Positions 7,732 through 16,425 of a stretch of 25,562 nt of DNA are shown in pieces (position 1 is the stretch's first letter; every line of letters starts with the position of its first letter). This DNA comes from a virus (Duplodnaviria > Caudoviricetes), in IMG/VR virus record IMGVR_UViG_3300036546_000385, positions 1-25,562 of that record. One strand, 5' to 3'. The notes under the pieces are model-generated. The model worked only from the letters and a program-made list of their open reading frames with translations, did not search any database and was not told where the DNA came from. Made by a program: the position numbers and the translations under genes.

Positions 7732-8192
7732 GCCGTAATGCAGACCTCGCAAAGATCCACATGGGGTGCAAGCAGCTCGGCCTTGATGATGCCACCTATC
7801 GGGCTATGCTGGAGAATATGTTCGGTGTTACCAGCTCGGCCAGGCTCGACTTCAAGCAACGCTATCGGCTGATCTGCCATATGGAAAAGCTGGGGGCGCA
7901 GTTCTCGGCCAAGGGAACGACCAACCGTCAGCAGCCAGCCCGACTGCCCAAGCGTGGAAGCGCGGATTTTTATGTCATCCCTGACGATGTCCCTTATGTG
8001 AATCAGAAACGCTACATCCTCGCGCTGTGGAAAGCGCTGGGGTGGAGTCTGAGCGGAGTGGACACGCGCATGCGGCGTCAGTTTGGCGTGGACAGCCTTG
8101 TATGGCTGCAGGATCAGGCGCAACTGCAACGCATCACCAAGGACTTGCAGAACCGTTGCCGCAAGGCTGGCATTGATCCGGATAACGCATGA
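7728..8192 (+). CDS. gemA: GemA / Mu gp16-like (DUF1018) regulatory protein
   Basis: LAKIHMGCKQLGLDDATYRAML...GVTSSARL and YILALW..LG...FGVDSLVWL are typical of this family. Confidence 0.85.
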   Translation: MSRNADLAKIHMGCKQLGLDDATYRAMLENMFGVTSSARLDFKQRYRLICHMEKLGAQFSAKGTTNRQQPARLPKRGSADFYVIPDDVPYVNQKRYILALWKALGWSLSGVDTRMRRQFGVDSLVWLQDQAQLQRITKDLQNRCRKAGIDPDNA

Positions 8193-8536
8193 CGCGGGAA
8201 GCTGAGTTGCTGGCCCCGCAGGTGGCTTCTCTCATTCAGGATATCACCGCTCGTTACAGCACCGTGCATCGGTTCTGTAAACATCATAGAGAGCTGAACC
8301 GCTCGACCGTCTACATGGTGCTCAAGGGGCGCTATCCCGGCAATACCGAGCGCCAGTTGGAACGCATGAGGCAGGCGCTGAATGGTGAAGTCTCTACGGA
8401 AGAACGAGCCTATCAAGCCATACGGAAAGTCGCCTGTGCGCGATGCTCAGTTACCACCCAAGGGTGTCGCCGTTGTGACTCCCTGTTTCGGGATCAGGCC
8501 CGCGCCGTGGCCGCCGCTATTTCAAACCACACATGA
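8189..8536 (+). CDS. HTH plus CxxC...CxxC protein, putative regulator
   Basis: VHRFCKHHRELNRSTVYMVLKGRY HTH; CARC...CRRC; ATGA overlap with gemA. Confidence 0.7.
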   Translation: MTREAELLAPQVASLIQDITARYSTVHRFCKHHRELNRSTVYMVLKGRYPGNTERQLERMRQALNGEVSTEERAYQAIRKVACARCSVTTQGCRRCDSLFRDQARAVAAAISNHT

Positions 8537-8985
8537 GGTGCAGCATGAATGCAACCCTGTGCAGAACGCTCAAGAAGATGTTTGACGATGGGTTCCGCCA
8601 GTATGCCGGAGAGATTGATTCGCAGGTCTACGAGCAGCTTGGCTGCAAGGATGCCACGCGGGCCTATTGGATTTGCCGTTGGCCTATCCTGCATTGTCTC
8701 GGTTGCAACAGGCGTTGCACTCCTAAGACCCCCACGGGCTTTCAGGTGCCGCTGGTGACGTCCCCGGCCCGGCAGGGCAGCGGAAAGCGTTTTTCCCTTA
8801 CCCCGGAAGAAATGGTGGCCTCAAAGACGCTGTTGCGCGTCGATGAGGCCGCCTATTGTCTGAATGTATCCGAGCGTACTGTGCGCAAGCTCGTTGATGA
8901 AGGGGTGCTCGTCAGGCATCTCCGTCAGCCGATTCGGGTGACGGCTGAGAGTGTGCGGGAGGAGATGGAGCGGGTGGAGTGGTGA
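8533..8985 (+). CDS. Cys-rich protein with C-terminal excisionase-type HTH, candidate late-gene activator
   Basis: LLRVDEAAYCLNVSERTVRKLVDEG (HTH_17-like); last early gene, in the position of Mu C. Alternative start ATG 8545 after GAGGTG. Confidence 0.7.
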   Translation: MRCSMNATLCRTLKKMFDDGFRQYAGEIDSQVYEQLGCKDATRAYWICRWPILHCLGCNRRCTPKTPTGFQVPLVTSPARQGSGKRFSLTPEEMVASKTLLRVDEAAYCLNVSERTVRKLVDEGVLVRHLRQPIRVTAESVREEMERVEW

Positions 8986-9154
8986 GAATTTGAGATTTTT
9001 TGAAGTGCTGGGAGGGAGCTCTCAGTAATTGAACTTTTGACTGCGAAGAAACGATAATGTACGAGAATGAATTACGGATTGTCTTAGGGTGTTGTTATTT
9101 GTTTTTTTGTGTAAAATCTTTTTTTTCAATGTGTTATGTTGTCTAGGGGCAGGC

Positions 9155-10408
9155 GTGGTGGGCGAGAGTTTGACCGTATGTGAACACTGCTTGTCGCATC
9201 CTTCGCAACGAGCAATGCGCGACTATGTCATAAGTAATGGAACGATACAGAGGTGTTCAGAATGTGGCGTTTTTGCTTATTCTGTTCCTGTTGAATCGTT
9301 TTTTGACTACGTTAATGAATGTATTTCTCAATTATATCTTCCTACGGATGGTTTGGACCAGGTTGAGTTTCCTCCTGAGGATATTGAAAATAGTCATGTG
9401 TTGATTGATGTTTTTGATTGCTTGATGAGGTTTGAGGCTATTTCTAATCTTAAGGATGTGCATATTGAGTATATGTATAGACATGATTTTGGCATAGAGG
9501 AGAGGGTTAAGAAGAAAGATCTTTGTTTAAATAGAACTTCTTGGGATGAGTTTTGTGATGTTATAAAGCACGGAAGAAGGTTTTTCTTTTTTGATGAAGG
9601 TGTTGGAGAAAAAAGGCGTACACTTCTTTCTGATTTGTTTAAAATGCTTGAGGAAAATGGGAGGGTTGTTCATTTTAAAAGAGGTGGGACTGTGTATCGA
9701 GCTCGCCCTGTAAATGGAGGCGTGCTTTATTCTGCTCCTCGAGAGCTGGGTCCTCCACCTCCTGAGTGTGTTACACAGCAGAATAGAATGAGCCCCGCTG
9801 GGATAGCAATGTTCTATGGGGCAAATGATCCAACTACTGCCGTACTGGAGACAGCTTCAGGTGCTGTCAGAGAGCTTTTTTCTGTAGCGAGTTTTTATAT
9901 TAATCGCGATATGTTGTTGCTAGATATTTCAGATGAAATTTCAAGTCCAAATATTTTTGACAAGTATAAGTATGAATTTGTTAATAGTATTAACTTGTTT
10001 AATAGTATTAGGCTTATTTTTTCTGAGCCTGTAGATAGAGTTAATAATAAGCATAACATTGACTATGTTCCTACACAGATATTTACCGAGTATGCTAGGT
10101 GTCGCAAGTGTGGAGGGGCTGGTTGTGAATATAATATTGATGGAATAATATATAGAAGCAGTAAGACTAATGAAAAGTCATACGTTTTGTTTAAAACGTG
10201 CGATGATGTTTATGAGTTTTCAGATATGCCATGTGGGTATGTTGATGATAAGGAGTCTTTAATAGAATGCTTCATTATGTCTGAAGTTGCTTTGTATCTT
10301 TTGGAAAAAAATGATTCTGGTTCTACAGTTTTCCGCTATGCTGATTTTGAAATTGACCATATTGGCGGCAAGCATCAATGGACCATTAGGGTAAATAATG
10401 AGAAGTGA
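9155..10408 (+). CDS. RES-domain protein with N-terminal Cys (Zn) domain
   Basis: VYRAR, LGPPPP, NRMSPAGIAMFYGA..TAVLE, YVPTQIFTEY, DGIIYRSS; CEHC/CSEC at the N-terminus; AT-rich. Start placed at GTG 9155/9158 behind AGGGGCAGG. Confidence 0.85.
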   Translation: MVGESLTVCEHCLSHPSQRAMRDYVISNGTIQRCSECGVFAYSVPVESFFDYVNECISQLYLPTDGLDQVEFPPEDIENSHVLIDVFDCLMRFEAISNLKDVHIEYMYRHDFGIEERVKKKDLCLNRTSWDEFCDVIKHGRRFFFFDEGVGEKRRTLLSDLFKMLEENGRVVHFKRGGTVYRARPVNGGVLYSAPRELGPPPPECVTQQNRMSPAGIAMFYGANDPTTAVLETASGAVRELFSVASFYINRDMLLLDISDEISSPNIFDKYKYEFVNSINLFNSIRLIFSEPVDRVNNKHNIDYVPTQIFTEYARCRKCGGAGCEYNIDGIIYRSSKTNEKSYVLFKTCDDVYEFSDMPCGYVDDKESLIECFIMSEVALYLLEKNDSGSTVFRYADFEIDHIGGKHQWTIRVNNEK

Positions 10409-11384
10409 TCTTGTAATTAAATTGATTCGTGCAGCAGCAGCCGGAAATAGGGCGGAGCTTGAGCGAGTTTCGCTAGAGGCTGCATCAGAAGAACGAAAGA
10501 AAGGGCACGGCGTTTTAGCCGATAGGATGGAACGTGCTTTTAAGAATACGCCGCCCCCGCGAGTTAACGGTGTGGCATCTCCTGTAGCACCTGCTGTGAT
10601 ACATGCTGCACGCCCGGCAATCGTTGAGAAAAAGCCGGTTGTTAATTTGAATTCCCTTTTGCTGCCTGCCTCCGTTGTGATGCAAGTTAAAAACTTGGTC
10701 GAGGAGCAGGTGCGGGCTGGAGTTCTTTTGCAGCGGAATATTGAGCCTAGGCACAGGGTCTTGCTGGCGGGGCCTCCTGGAAACGGAAAAACCTCGCTTG
10801 CTGAGGCGATTGCAAATGAGTTGGATGTACCTCTTTGGATAGTGCGATACGAGTCTTTGATAGGGAGTTATCTTGGCGAAACGGCTGCCCGATTAAAAAG
10901 TGTAATTGATTATGCAAAAACAACTCATTGTGTGTTGTTTTTTGATGAATTTGACGCTATCGCGAAAGAGCGTGGAGATAAGCATGAGACTGGTGAGATT
11001 AAGCGGGTGGTTAATTCGCTATTGATGCAAGTTGATGATTTGCCATACTATACTGTTGTCATTGCTGCTTCAAACCACCCTGAGTTGCTTGATCGTGCTG
11101 TGTGGAGGCGATTCCAGATGAAGATGGAGTTGCCAAATCCATCTAGAGATCTTCTTGAGAATTTTATAGAACGACAGCTTTCTGAGCTTGGTGAGCTTGG
11201 ATATCAATGTTCAACGATAGCAAAAAAGTTGTATCCAACAAATTTTGCTGAAGCAGAGCAGTTTTGTTTAACAATTAAACGCCGCTATTATCTTGCTCAT
11301 GAGCTGGGTGATTTAAAGAAAATTATTCAACAAGAGATGCAATACTGGGGAGTGCAGTACTCTCCAAAAGATGTTGAGGCTTAA
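10398..11384 (+). CDS. AAA+ ATPase, IetA-like
   Basis: GPPGNGKT, SLIGSYLGETA, LFFDEFD, GEIKRVVNSLL, ASNHPELLDRAVWRRF; overlaps the RES gene by 11 nt. Confidence 0.92.
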   Translation: MRSDLVIKLIRAAAAGNRAELERVSLEAASEERKKGHGVLADRMERAFKNTPPPRVNGVASPVAPAVIHAARPAIVEKKPVVNLNSLLLPASVVMQVKNLVEEQVRAGVLLQRNIEPRHRVLLAGPPGNGKTSLAEAIANELDVPLWIVRYESLIGSYLGETAARLKSVIDYAKTTHCVLFFDEFDAIAKERGDKHETGEIKRVVNSLLMQVDDLPYYTVVIAASNHPELLDRAVWRRFQMKMELPNPSRDLLENFIERQLSELGELGYQCSTIAKKLYPTNFAEAEQFCLTIKRRYYLAHELGDLKKIIQQEMQYWGVQYSPKDVEA

Positions 11385-11386
11385 AT

Positions 11387-13990
11387 ATGTCAGAAATGCG
11401 TGAGCAGCGGCGAAAGCCCTTACTTCTTTTTCCACAGCCTACGATTATACCTCCTCAGAAAGGGAAGCCTATGTTTGTTCCTACTCTTCTTGTTCAGGGG
11501 AGTAGGAAGAATAGGCAAGCTGTTGGAAAGAGGACTCATGGCGTTTGGGATTCTCTGGAAAAGAATCTCATGGCATCGCCAGCAGTCTTACAAGAAGATG
11601 CAAGTAGTGTTGCTCCAGGACGAACGATTGTTTTTGAGGTTTTAACTTCTTTAACAGACTTTTATCGTGCTGCGGTTAAAGTTAAAGGGTTAGAATTTTT
11701 GGCTGAATATGAAGATGTTGATAATCCAATATCGCCTGATGAGATTGATGGTTGGGGGTATGAGCTTGACCCCAATTTCCTTGATGAGAAAAGGAGGTTG
11801 AAGAAGTCTGTTACCCCCTTTTTTTACTTGGCGATGCCAGACAAAAATGCATTGTCTGAAGTGTTAAGTTTATGGAAAGAATTTCAAGAAACAGGGACAA
11901 TTAAACGGTACGGATTGGCAGCATGGAAGAGTTTGTTTGAGAACTTAAAAGATGTTCGTCCCTGGGGGCCTCGTGATCGCGTACTCGCTTCATTTAAAGA
12001 GGTGTTAAGTAGGGCTGAAGAGGCTGGGGATGCTGTGACTCTTTTTCAGCTTGATATGTGGTGGAGCGCATCGCCAGCGAAGCGCGGAGAAATCCTAACC
12101 CATGTTTCAAGTGTTGTTGTTGATAATGGCGGTCAGGTTTTACACTGCTCTGAGATCGTTGATATCAAGTGGCACGGAATGCTTGTTGAAATGCCGACTT
12201 CTACTTTGTCTGGCATGGCTTCTGATGTGGAGAATCATCCCAGCGGGCTAGCTTTAGTTGACGATATACAGTTTATGTCATCATGCGTAAGAGGGATGGC
12301 CCCTGATATTGAGTTGGATAATGTGGTTTCTGTGGATGGGGCTGTTGGTGAAAGCGTGCAATATGGTGGAGATATCTGCGCGGTGTTGCTTGATTCTCGC
12401 CCACTCGTGGAGCATCAGGCTCTGGTGGGGCGTTTGGACGTTGCTAGCTCCCTGGGGGGGGATGAAACTCCGGGAAGCCATGGTACTCAGATGGCTTCGA
12501 TTATAATACATGGTGATCGGGCAAAGCCTGATCTCGACACGTTGGATATAAAACTTGGTTGTTTCCCTTTGCTTGAAGCTAATGACCGTACTCCGTCAAA
12601 CGTTTTGCTATTGGATCTATTTTATAAGGCGATAGTTTCTATATGTGAAGATGACGGAACTGGGCAGCCTTTGTATCCTTCTGCACGAATTTTTAATCTC
12701 TCAGTTGGCGATCCTGGACGTCCATTTGATGGGGGGAGGATTAGTTCTTGGGCTCGCCTTATTGATCATCTTTCTTGGAAATATAAAATATTATTTATTA
12801 TAAGCGCTGGAAATAGGCTTGGTGGGAATAAGTATATTCCAACAAATTACGAAAAATTTTCAGATTTTGATGATGATTCTACAAAGAATAGAGATTTGTT
12901 TGAAAATAATATTGTTAATGATTTGATTTGTGATGATGATAATAATTTGCTTTCTCCCGCCGAGTGTATCAATGGGATAACTGTTGGTGCAGCTCATTTG
13001 GATGGGGATTGTATAAATAATAGCAGGAGTTGTACTGAGTCTTGGAAGAATAATGCTGGATTGCCTGCTCTAACATCAAGAATTGGTTTTGGGTATAAGA
13101 AAACGATCAAGCCGGATTTAATTGCTCCAACAGGATTTGAGTATATAAGATGGATTAATGCTTCATATGGTGCAGCCATTCGACAGAGTCCTTGTGGTGG
13201 AATACAGCGAGCCATGTTGGGGGGGGAAGGAGAAGTAACTAAGTGGGGAAATGAGTTCTCTACAAGTGCTGCCACGGCTTTGGCTTCGCATGGGACAATT
13301 AAGATATATCAAATGTTGAATGATTTTGTACCAGAATTGCCAGAAGATCAAAAGGTTGTTTTGTTAAAAGCACTTGTCGGTCATGCTTGTCAATGGCCAG
13401 ATTCGGCACAGCTATTATTAAGCAAATTCAAATCTGAACGTTATCCAGCTAGACCTGATAGCGTTGCTAGATATTTAGGGTATGGAATTCCTAATTTTGA
13501 AAGAGTATTGTGGTGCGTTGATAATCAAGTAACATTGATTGGCTCGGGATATCTTGAAGCAGATGGAAAAACGCAGCATGAGTTTAGTTTTTCTTTGCCA
13601 GCTATTGCTGGAAGTAATCTGGAAGGTGTTGAGCTTCTCGTTAGTGTGGCATATTTTAGCCCAGTCAATCACGGAATTAATAGATATCAAGATGTACGAT
13701 TTTCAATAAAAACTGATCAGCCTTTTGATGAATTAAAGAGAATGTCTTCATCTATGCCGAGTCATTACGCATGTTCTCGCGGAACAATACATAATTATTC
13801 TTTGTATGCATCGGAATTGGCGGTTGGTGTTGATTCTATGTTTAGATTTTTTGTAAATTGCAAAGGGTATAATATTGATAAGACTGATGTAGTTCCATAC
13901 GGAATAGCTGTTTCTCTAAAAACAAAAACAGAGGTTGATATTTATACTGCTGTTGAGCAGAGATTGAAAGTGCACCCAGTTTATGCTTAG
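11387..13990 (+). CDS. S8 subtilisin-like serine protease, IetS-like (867 aa)
   Basis: Triad motifs VLLDS, SHGTQMAS and STSAATA; oxyanion ISAGN; also FNLSVG, IKPDL, LGYGIP. Starts 2 nt after the ATPase stop; no signal peptide. Confidence 0.88.
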   Translation: MSEMREQRRKPLLLFPQPTIIPPQKGKPMFVPTLLVQGSRKNRQAVGKRTHGVWDSLEKNLMASPAVLQEDASSVAPGRTIVFEVLTSLTDFYRAAVKVKGLEFLAEYEDVDNPISPDEIDGWGYELDPNFLDEKRRLKKSVTPFFYLAMPDKNALSEVLSLWKEFQETGTIKRYGLAAWKSLFENLKDVRPWGPRDRVLASFKEVLSRAEEAGDAVTLFQLDMWWSASPAKRGEILTHVSSVVVDNGGQVLHCSEIVDIKWHGMLVEMPTSTLSGMASDVENHPSGLALVDDIQFMSSCVRGMAPDIELDNVVSVDGAVGESVQYGGDICAVLLDSRPLVEHQALVGRLDVASSLGGDETPGSHGTQMASIIIHGDRAKPDLDTLDIKLGCFPLLEANDRTPSNVLLLDLFYKAIVSICEDDGTGQPLYPSARIFNLSVGDPGRPFDGGRISSWARLIDHLSWKYKILFIISAGNRLGGNKYIPTNYEKFSDFDDDSTKNRDLFENNIVNDLICDDDNNLLSPAECINGITVGAAHLDGDCINNSRSCTESWKNNAGLPALTSRIGFGYKKTIKPDLIAPTGFEYIRWINASYGAAIRQSPCGGIQRAMLGGEGEVTKWGNEFSTSAATALASHGTIKIYQMLNDFVPELPEDQKVVLLKALVGHACQWPDSAQLLLSKFKSERYPARPDSVARYLGYGIPNFERVLWCVDNQVTLIGSGYLEADGKTQHEFSFSLPAIAGSNLEGVELLVSVAYFSPVNHGINRYQDVRFSIKTDQPFDELKRMSSSMPSHYACSRGTIHNYSLYASELAVGVDSMFRFFVNCKGYNIDKTDVVPYGIAVSLKTKTEVDIYTAVEQRLKVHPVYA

Positions 13991-14058
13991 TGTATATTTT
14001 GTTTGGTTGTTTTTGTGACTAGTTTTCCCTTATTTCCCGACTGTTAATTAAATCCCCT

Positions 14059-14106
14059 ATACGCTGCATGACATCACACTCTTATGGAGGATGTCATGCA
14101 GCGTAT
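14059..14106 (+). promoter_or_regulatory. 17-bp perfect hairpin covering the endolysin start; overlaps the putative late promoter
   Basis: ATACGCTGCATGACATC (14059-14075) / GATGTCATGCAGCGTAT (14090-14106); GGAGG at 14086-14090, ATG at 14096. Confidence 0.8.
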
Positions 14107-14593
14107 TTCTCTTTCCCCCAATTTCTTCCTCGACGAATTCACCCGTAGCCAGACCGCTGAGCGGTTTGGCCATCCCATCGAAGTGGAGCTCGGCTCCACA
14201 GTCTTCAACAATCTCCAGTTCCTCTGCCTGACCCTGCTGCAGCCCATTCGGGAAGCGTTGGGGCCTATCACCATTTCCAGCGGCTACCGTCCCATATGGC
14301 TCAATGACCACATTGGCGGTTCCCCCTCATCCGATCACCTCACCGGCCTTGCGGCGGACATCATTGTTCACGGCCGTAGTCCGCTTGATGTGGCGCGGTT
14401 CATCAGTAGCCAGAACCTTGGCTACAAGCAGCTGATCAATGAGCATGACCGCTGGGTGCACATCGCTTCTCCCGGCCCTGACACTGTGCCGCGTCGGCAG
14501 GAACTCACAATCTGGCACAACGGCCAGCGGAACCTGACAGCGGTGGGCCTGCATTCCGTGAAGGAACTGCGGGAACAGGCGTTGAGGGGGTAG
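14096..14593 (+). CDS. Endolysin, peptidase M15A family
   Basis: LSPNFFLDEFTRS, ISSGYRP..LN..IGG...SDH..GLAADI, WVHI Zn motifs; first late gene. Confidence 0.9.
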   Translation: MQRISLSPNFFLDEFTRSQTAERFGHPIEVELGSTVFNNLQFLCLTLLQPIREALGPITISSGYRPIWLNDHIGGSPSSDHLTGLAADIIVHGRSPLDVARFISSQNLGYKQLINEHDRWVHIASPGPDTVPRRQELTIWHNGQRNLTAVGLHSVKELREQALRG

Positions 14594-14596
14594 CGT

Positions 14597-15205
14597 ATGG
14601 GACTTCTCAACATTGGTAAAAACCTCCTCAAGCTCGTTCCGGGCGTGGGGCAGGTTGTCAGCCTGATCGATACCGTTGGCGACATCGCGGAGGCTGTCGG
14701 CGGTGACACCGGCAAGAAGATCAAGGATGGCCTCTCCATGGTCTCCGATGGCCTCAACGAGGCCGGGGCACAGCCTCTTACCCCTGAGCAACGCACTCAG
14801 CTGGAGCTTGCAGGCCAGCGCCATAAGGAGCGCATGGCGGAAATCGAACTCTCCGATATTGAGGGGGGCCGGGGGCTTGCCAAGGCGGAACTGGCATCTC
14901 AGGACGAATATGTCCGCCAGACACGCCCCAAGCTGCTTCGTATCTACGCATGGGGCTTTCTGCTTTTGTGCTTTATCGCCGTCCCGCTTGTGGTCGCCGC
15001 CTGCGTGTGGGGGAGCCTGACTCCCGCCAGCGCCGACGTAATAACGTACGTGGTCTGCTGGCTCATCGGCACCATTGGCACAACCTTCGCCGCCATGTTC
15101 CGCTCGTACACCGGACAGCGCACTGCTGAGAAAATGGCGGAAGTGGGAATGCAGCCTGAAGGGCTTATGGATAAGTTCGCCAAGCTGCGCCGTGGAGGCC
15201 GCTGA
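14597..15205 (+). CDS. Holin-like membrane protein (3TM/GTA-holin type)
   Basis: Follows the endolysin; D..G.R......S.D.YVRQTRP then two TM segments and Y.G.RT.EK. Confidence 0.7.
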   Translation: MGLLNIGKNLLKLVPGVGQVVSLIDTVGDIAEAVGGDTGKKIKDGLSMVSDGLNEAGAQPLTPEQRTQLELAGQRHKERMAEIELSDIEGGRGLAKAELASQDEYVRQTRPKLLRIYAWGFLLLCFIAVPLVVAACVWGSLTPASADVITYVVCWLIGTIGTTFAAMFRSYTGQRTAEKMAEVGMQPEGLMDKFAKLRRGGR

Positions 15206-15531
15206 TGGAAATCAACTGGGACCTTCTCAACTTCCTGCTACGTCTCGCTCAAATCCTCTTCGTCCCCCTCGCCATGTGGCTGATCAAAGAAATCTGGTCC
15301 TTGCGCAAGGATGTCATAGAGTTGCGTGGCCGCGTGAAGGCCAATGAAGAAAAGCTGGATTGCGCACCGGACAGCAAAGCCCTGCATAATCTCGCGCTGG
15401 CCATTGAAGGGCTACGCGGTGATGTCCGCGCCACCAATGAAAAACTTGGTGGCGTGGAGCGCGTTGTGGACAAGCTGGACCGCGTGTTGGAGCGGCAGGA
15501 AAGCTATCTGCTTAACGGAGGAAGCAAGTGA
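15205..15531 (+). CDS. DUF2730 / Mu gp25-like membrane coiled-coil protein
   Basis: N-terminal TM segment, coiled coil, ends ESYLLNGG; Mu-like synteny. Confidence 0.7.
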   Translation: MEINWDLLNFLLRLAQILFVPLAMWLIKEIWSLRKDVIELRGRVKANEEKLDCAPDSKALHNLALAIEGLRGDVRATNEKLGGVERVVDKLDRVLERQESYLLNGGSK

Positions 15532-15824
15532 GCTACTCGGATCATGTAACGGAACATCTGCGCATCACCATTCTGCGCCTGCTGGATGAATTGCCTGCCA
15601 TGCGCTCTAACGAAAGCCTCATTGCTGATGCCGTGGGTGAATACGGTTTCGCTCCCAGCCGGGACAAGGTGCGCACGGAATTGGCGTGGCTTGCCGAACA
15701 GGGCCTTGTGACGCTGGAAGGAGATTCCTGCCTTGTGGCCACCCTTACCACCAGAGGCGAGGATGTGGCCAAGTGCCGCGCCACCGTGCCGGGCGTCAAG
15801 CGTCCCAATATGAGCCGGGGCTAA
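15528..15824 (+). CDS. Mu gp26-like winged-helix protein
   Basis: LRITILRLL..SNES..SRDKVRTELAWLAEQGLV..ATLTTRGEDVA...VPGVKRP. Confidence 0.8.
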   Translation: MSYSDHVTEHLRITILRLLDELPAMRSNESLIADAVGEYGFAPSRDKVRTELAWLAEQGLVTLEGDSCLVATLTTRGEDVAKCRATVPGVKRPNMSRG

Positions 15825-15828
15825 TACT

Positions 15829-16425
15829 ATGGCTATCATTCAGCGCGGGCGTGAACATCAGCCGGAAACAGTCTGGAAGGCGCAGGAACTCTACTGCGTG
15901 GCTCGGTTGTCCTTTCGGGAGGTCGCCAAAGAAGCCGGTGTCGCCGAGTCTACGCTCAAGCGGTGGTCCGAGAAGTACGGCTGGCGTGAAAAACGGGACC
16001 GCATCGCGCAGGCCGAGGCGGAACTTCGTGCGGACACCATTATGGCCCGGTCGGTCATGCTCAAGAAGCTTATAGACTCTAAAGACGCTCAGACCGGCTT
16101 TGCGGTGGCCTCGCTGGAAAGTCTGGCCATGCGGCAGGCCGAGGCAGAACGCGCTGGCAGGGCTCTGGAAGCTGCCACCCGAAATGAGAAACGCTCCATC
16201 CGCACCGCCGAGGACGCCGTCAAAGCACTGCGCGAGGGCATTGAAGCCAAGCTGGCCATGCTGCTGGCCGCGCCGGAGGATATCGACTTCAAGGCCGTGG
16301 CTGACGTTCAGAAAGCACTGAAACTGGTGGGAGAGATGGAAGCGGCCGCAAAACCCGCAGAGGATACCACCAAGACCAAGGGGCTCTCCGCTGATCTGGA
16401 AGCCCGCATCCGCGAGATACTGTAA
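15829..16425 (+). CDS. Putative terminase small subunit
   Basis: N-terminal HTH (LSFREVAKEAGVAESTLKRWSEKYGW); directly abuts TerL. Confidence 0.7.
   Translation: MAIIQRGREHQPETVWKAQELYCVARLSFREVAKEAGVAESTLKRWSEKYGWREKRDRIAQAEAELRADTIMARSVMLKKLIDSKDAQTGFAVASLESLAMRQAEAERAGRALEAATRNEKRSIRTAEDAVKALREGIEAKLAMLLAAPEDIDFKAVADVQKALKLVGEMEAAAKPAEDTTKTKGLSADLEARIREIL
16167..16191 (+). repeat. Internal copy of the end-type motif (within terS)
   Basis: GGAAGCTGCCACCCGAAATGAGAAA; 23/25 identical to 19270-19294. Confidence 0.8.

Noticed and set aside
9006-9028. Hairpin TGCTGGGAG-GGAG-CTCTCAGTA as early-operon terminator
   Set aside because: Contains G-U pairs and has no adjacent T run; too weak to call.
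9089-9154. Hydrophobic N-terminus of the RES ORF as a signal peptide
   Set aside because: It derives from T-rich leader sequence; a better RBS/start lies at 9155-9158.
11784-11791. ATGAGAAA inside the S8 gene
   Set aside because: Only the 8-nt core matches, in AT-rich DNA; expected by chance.
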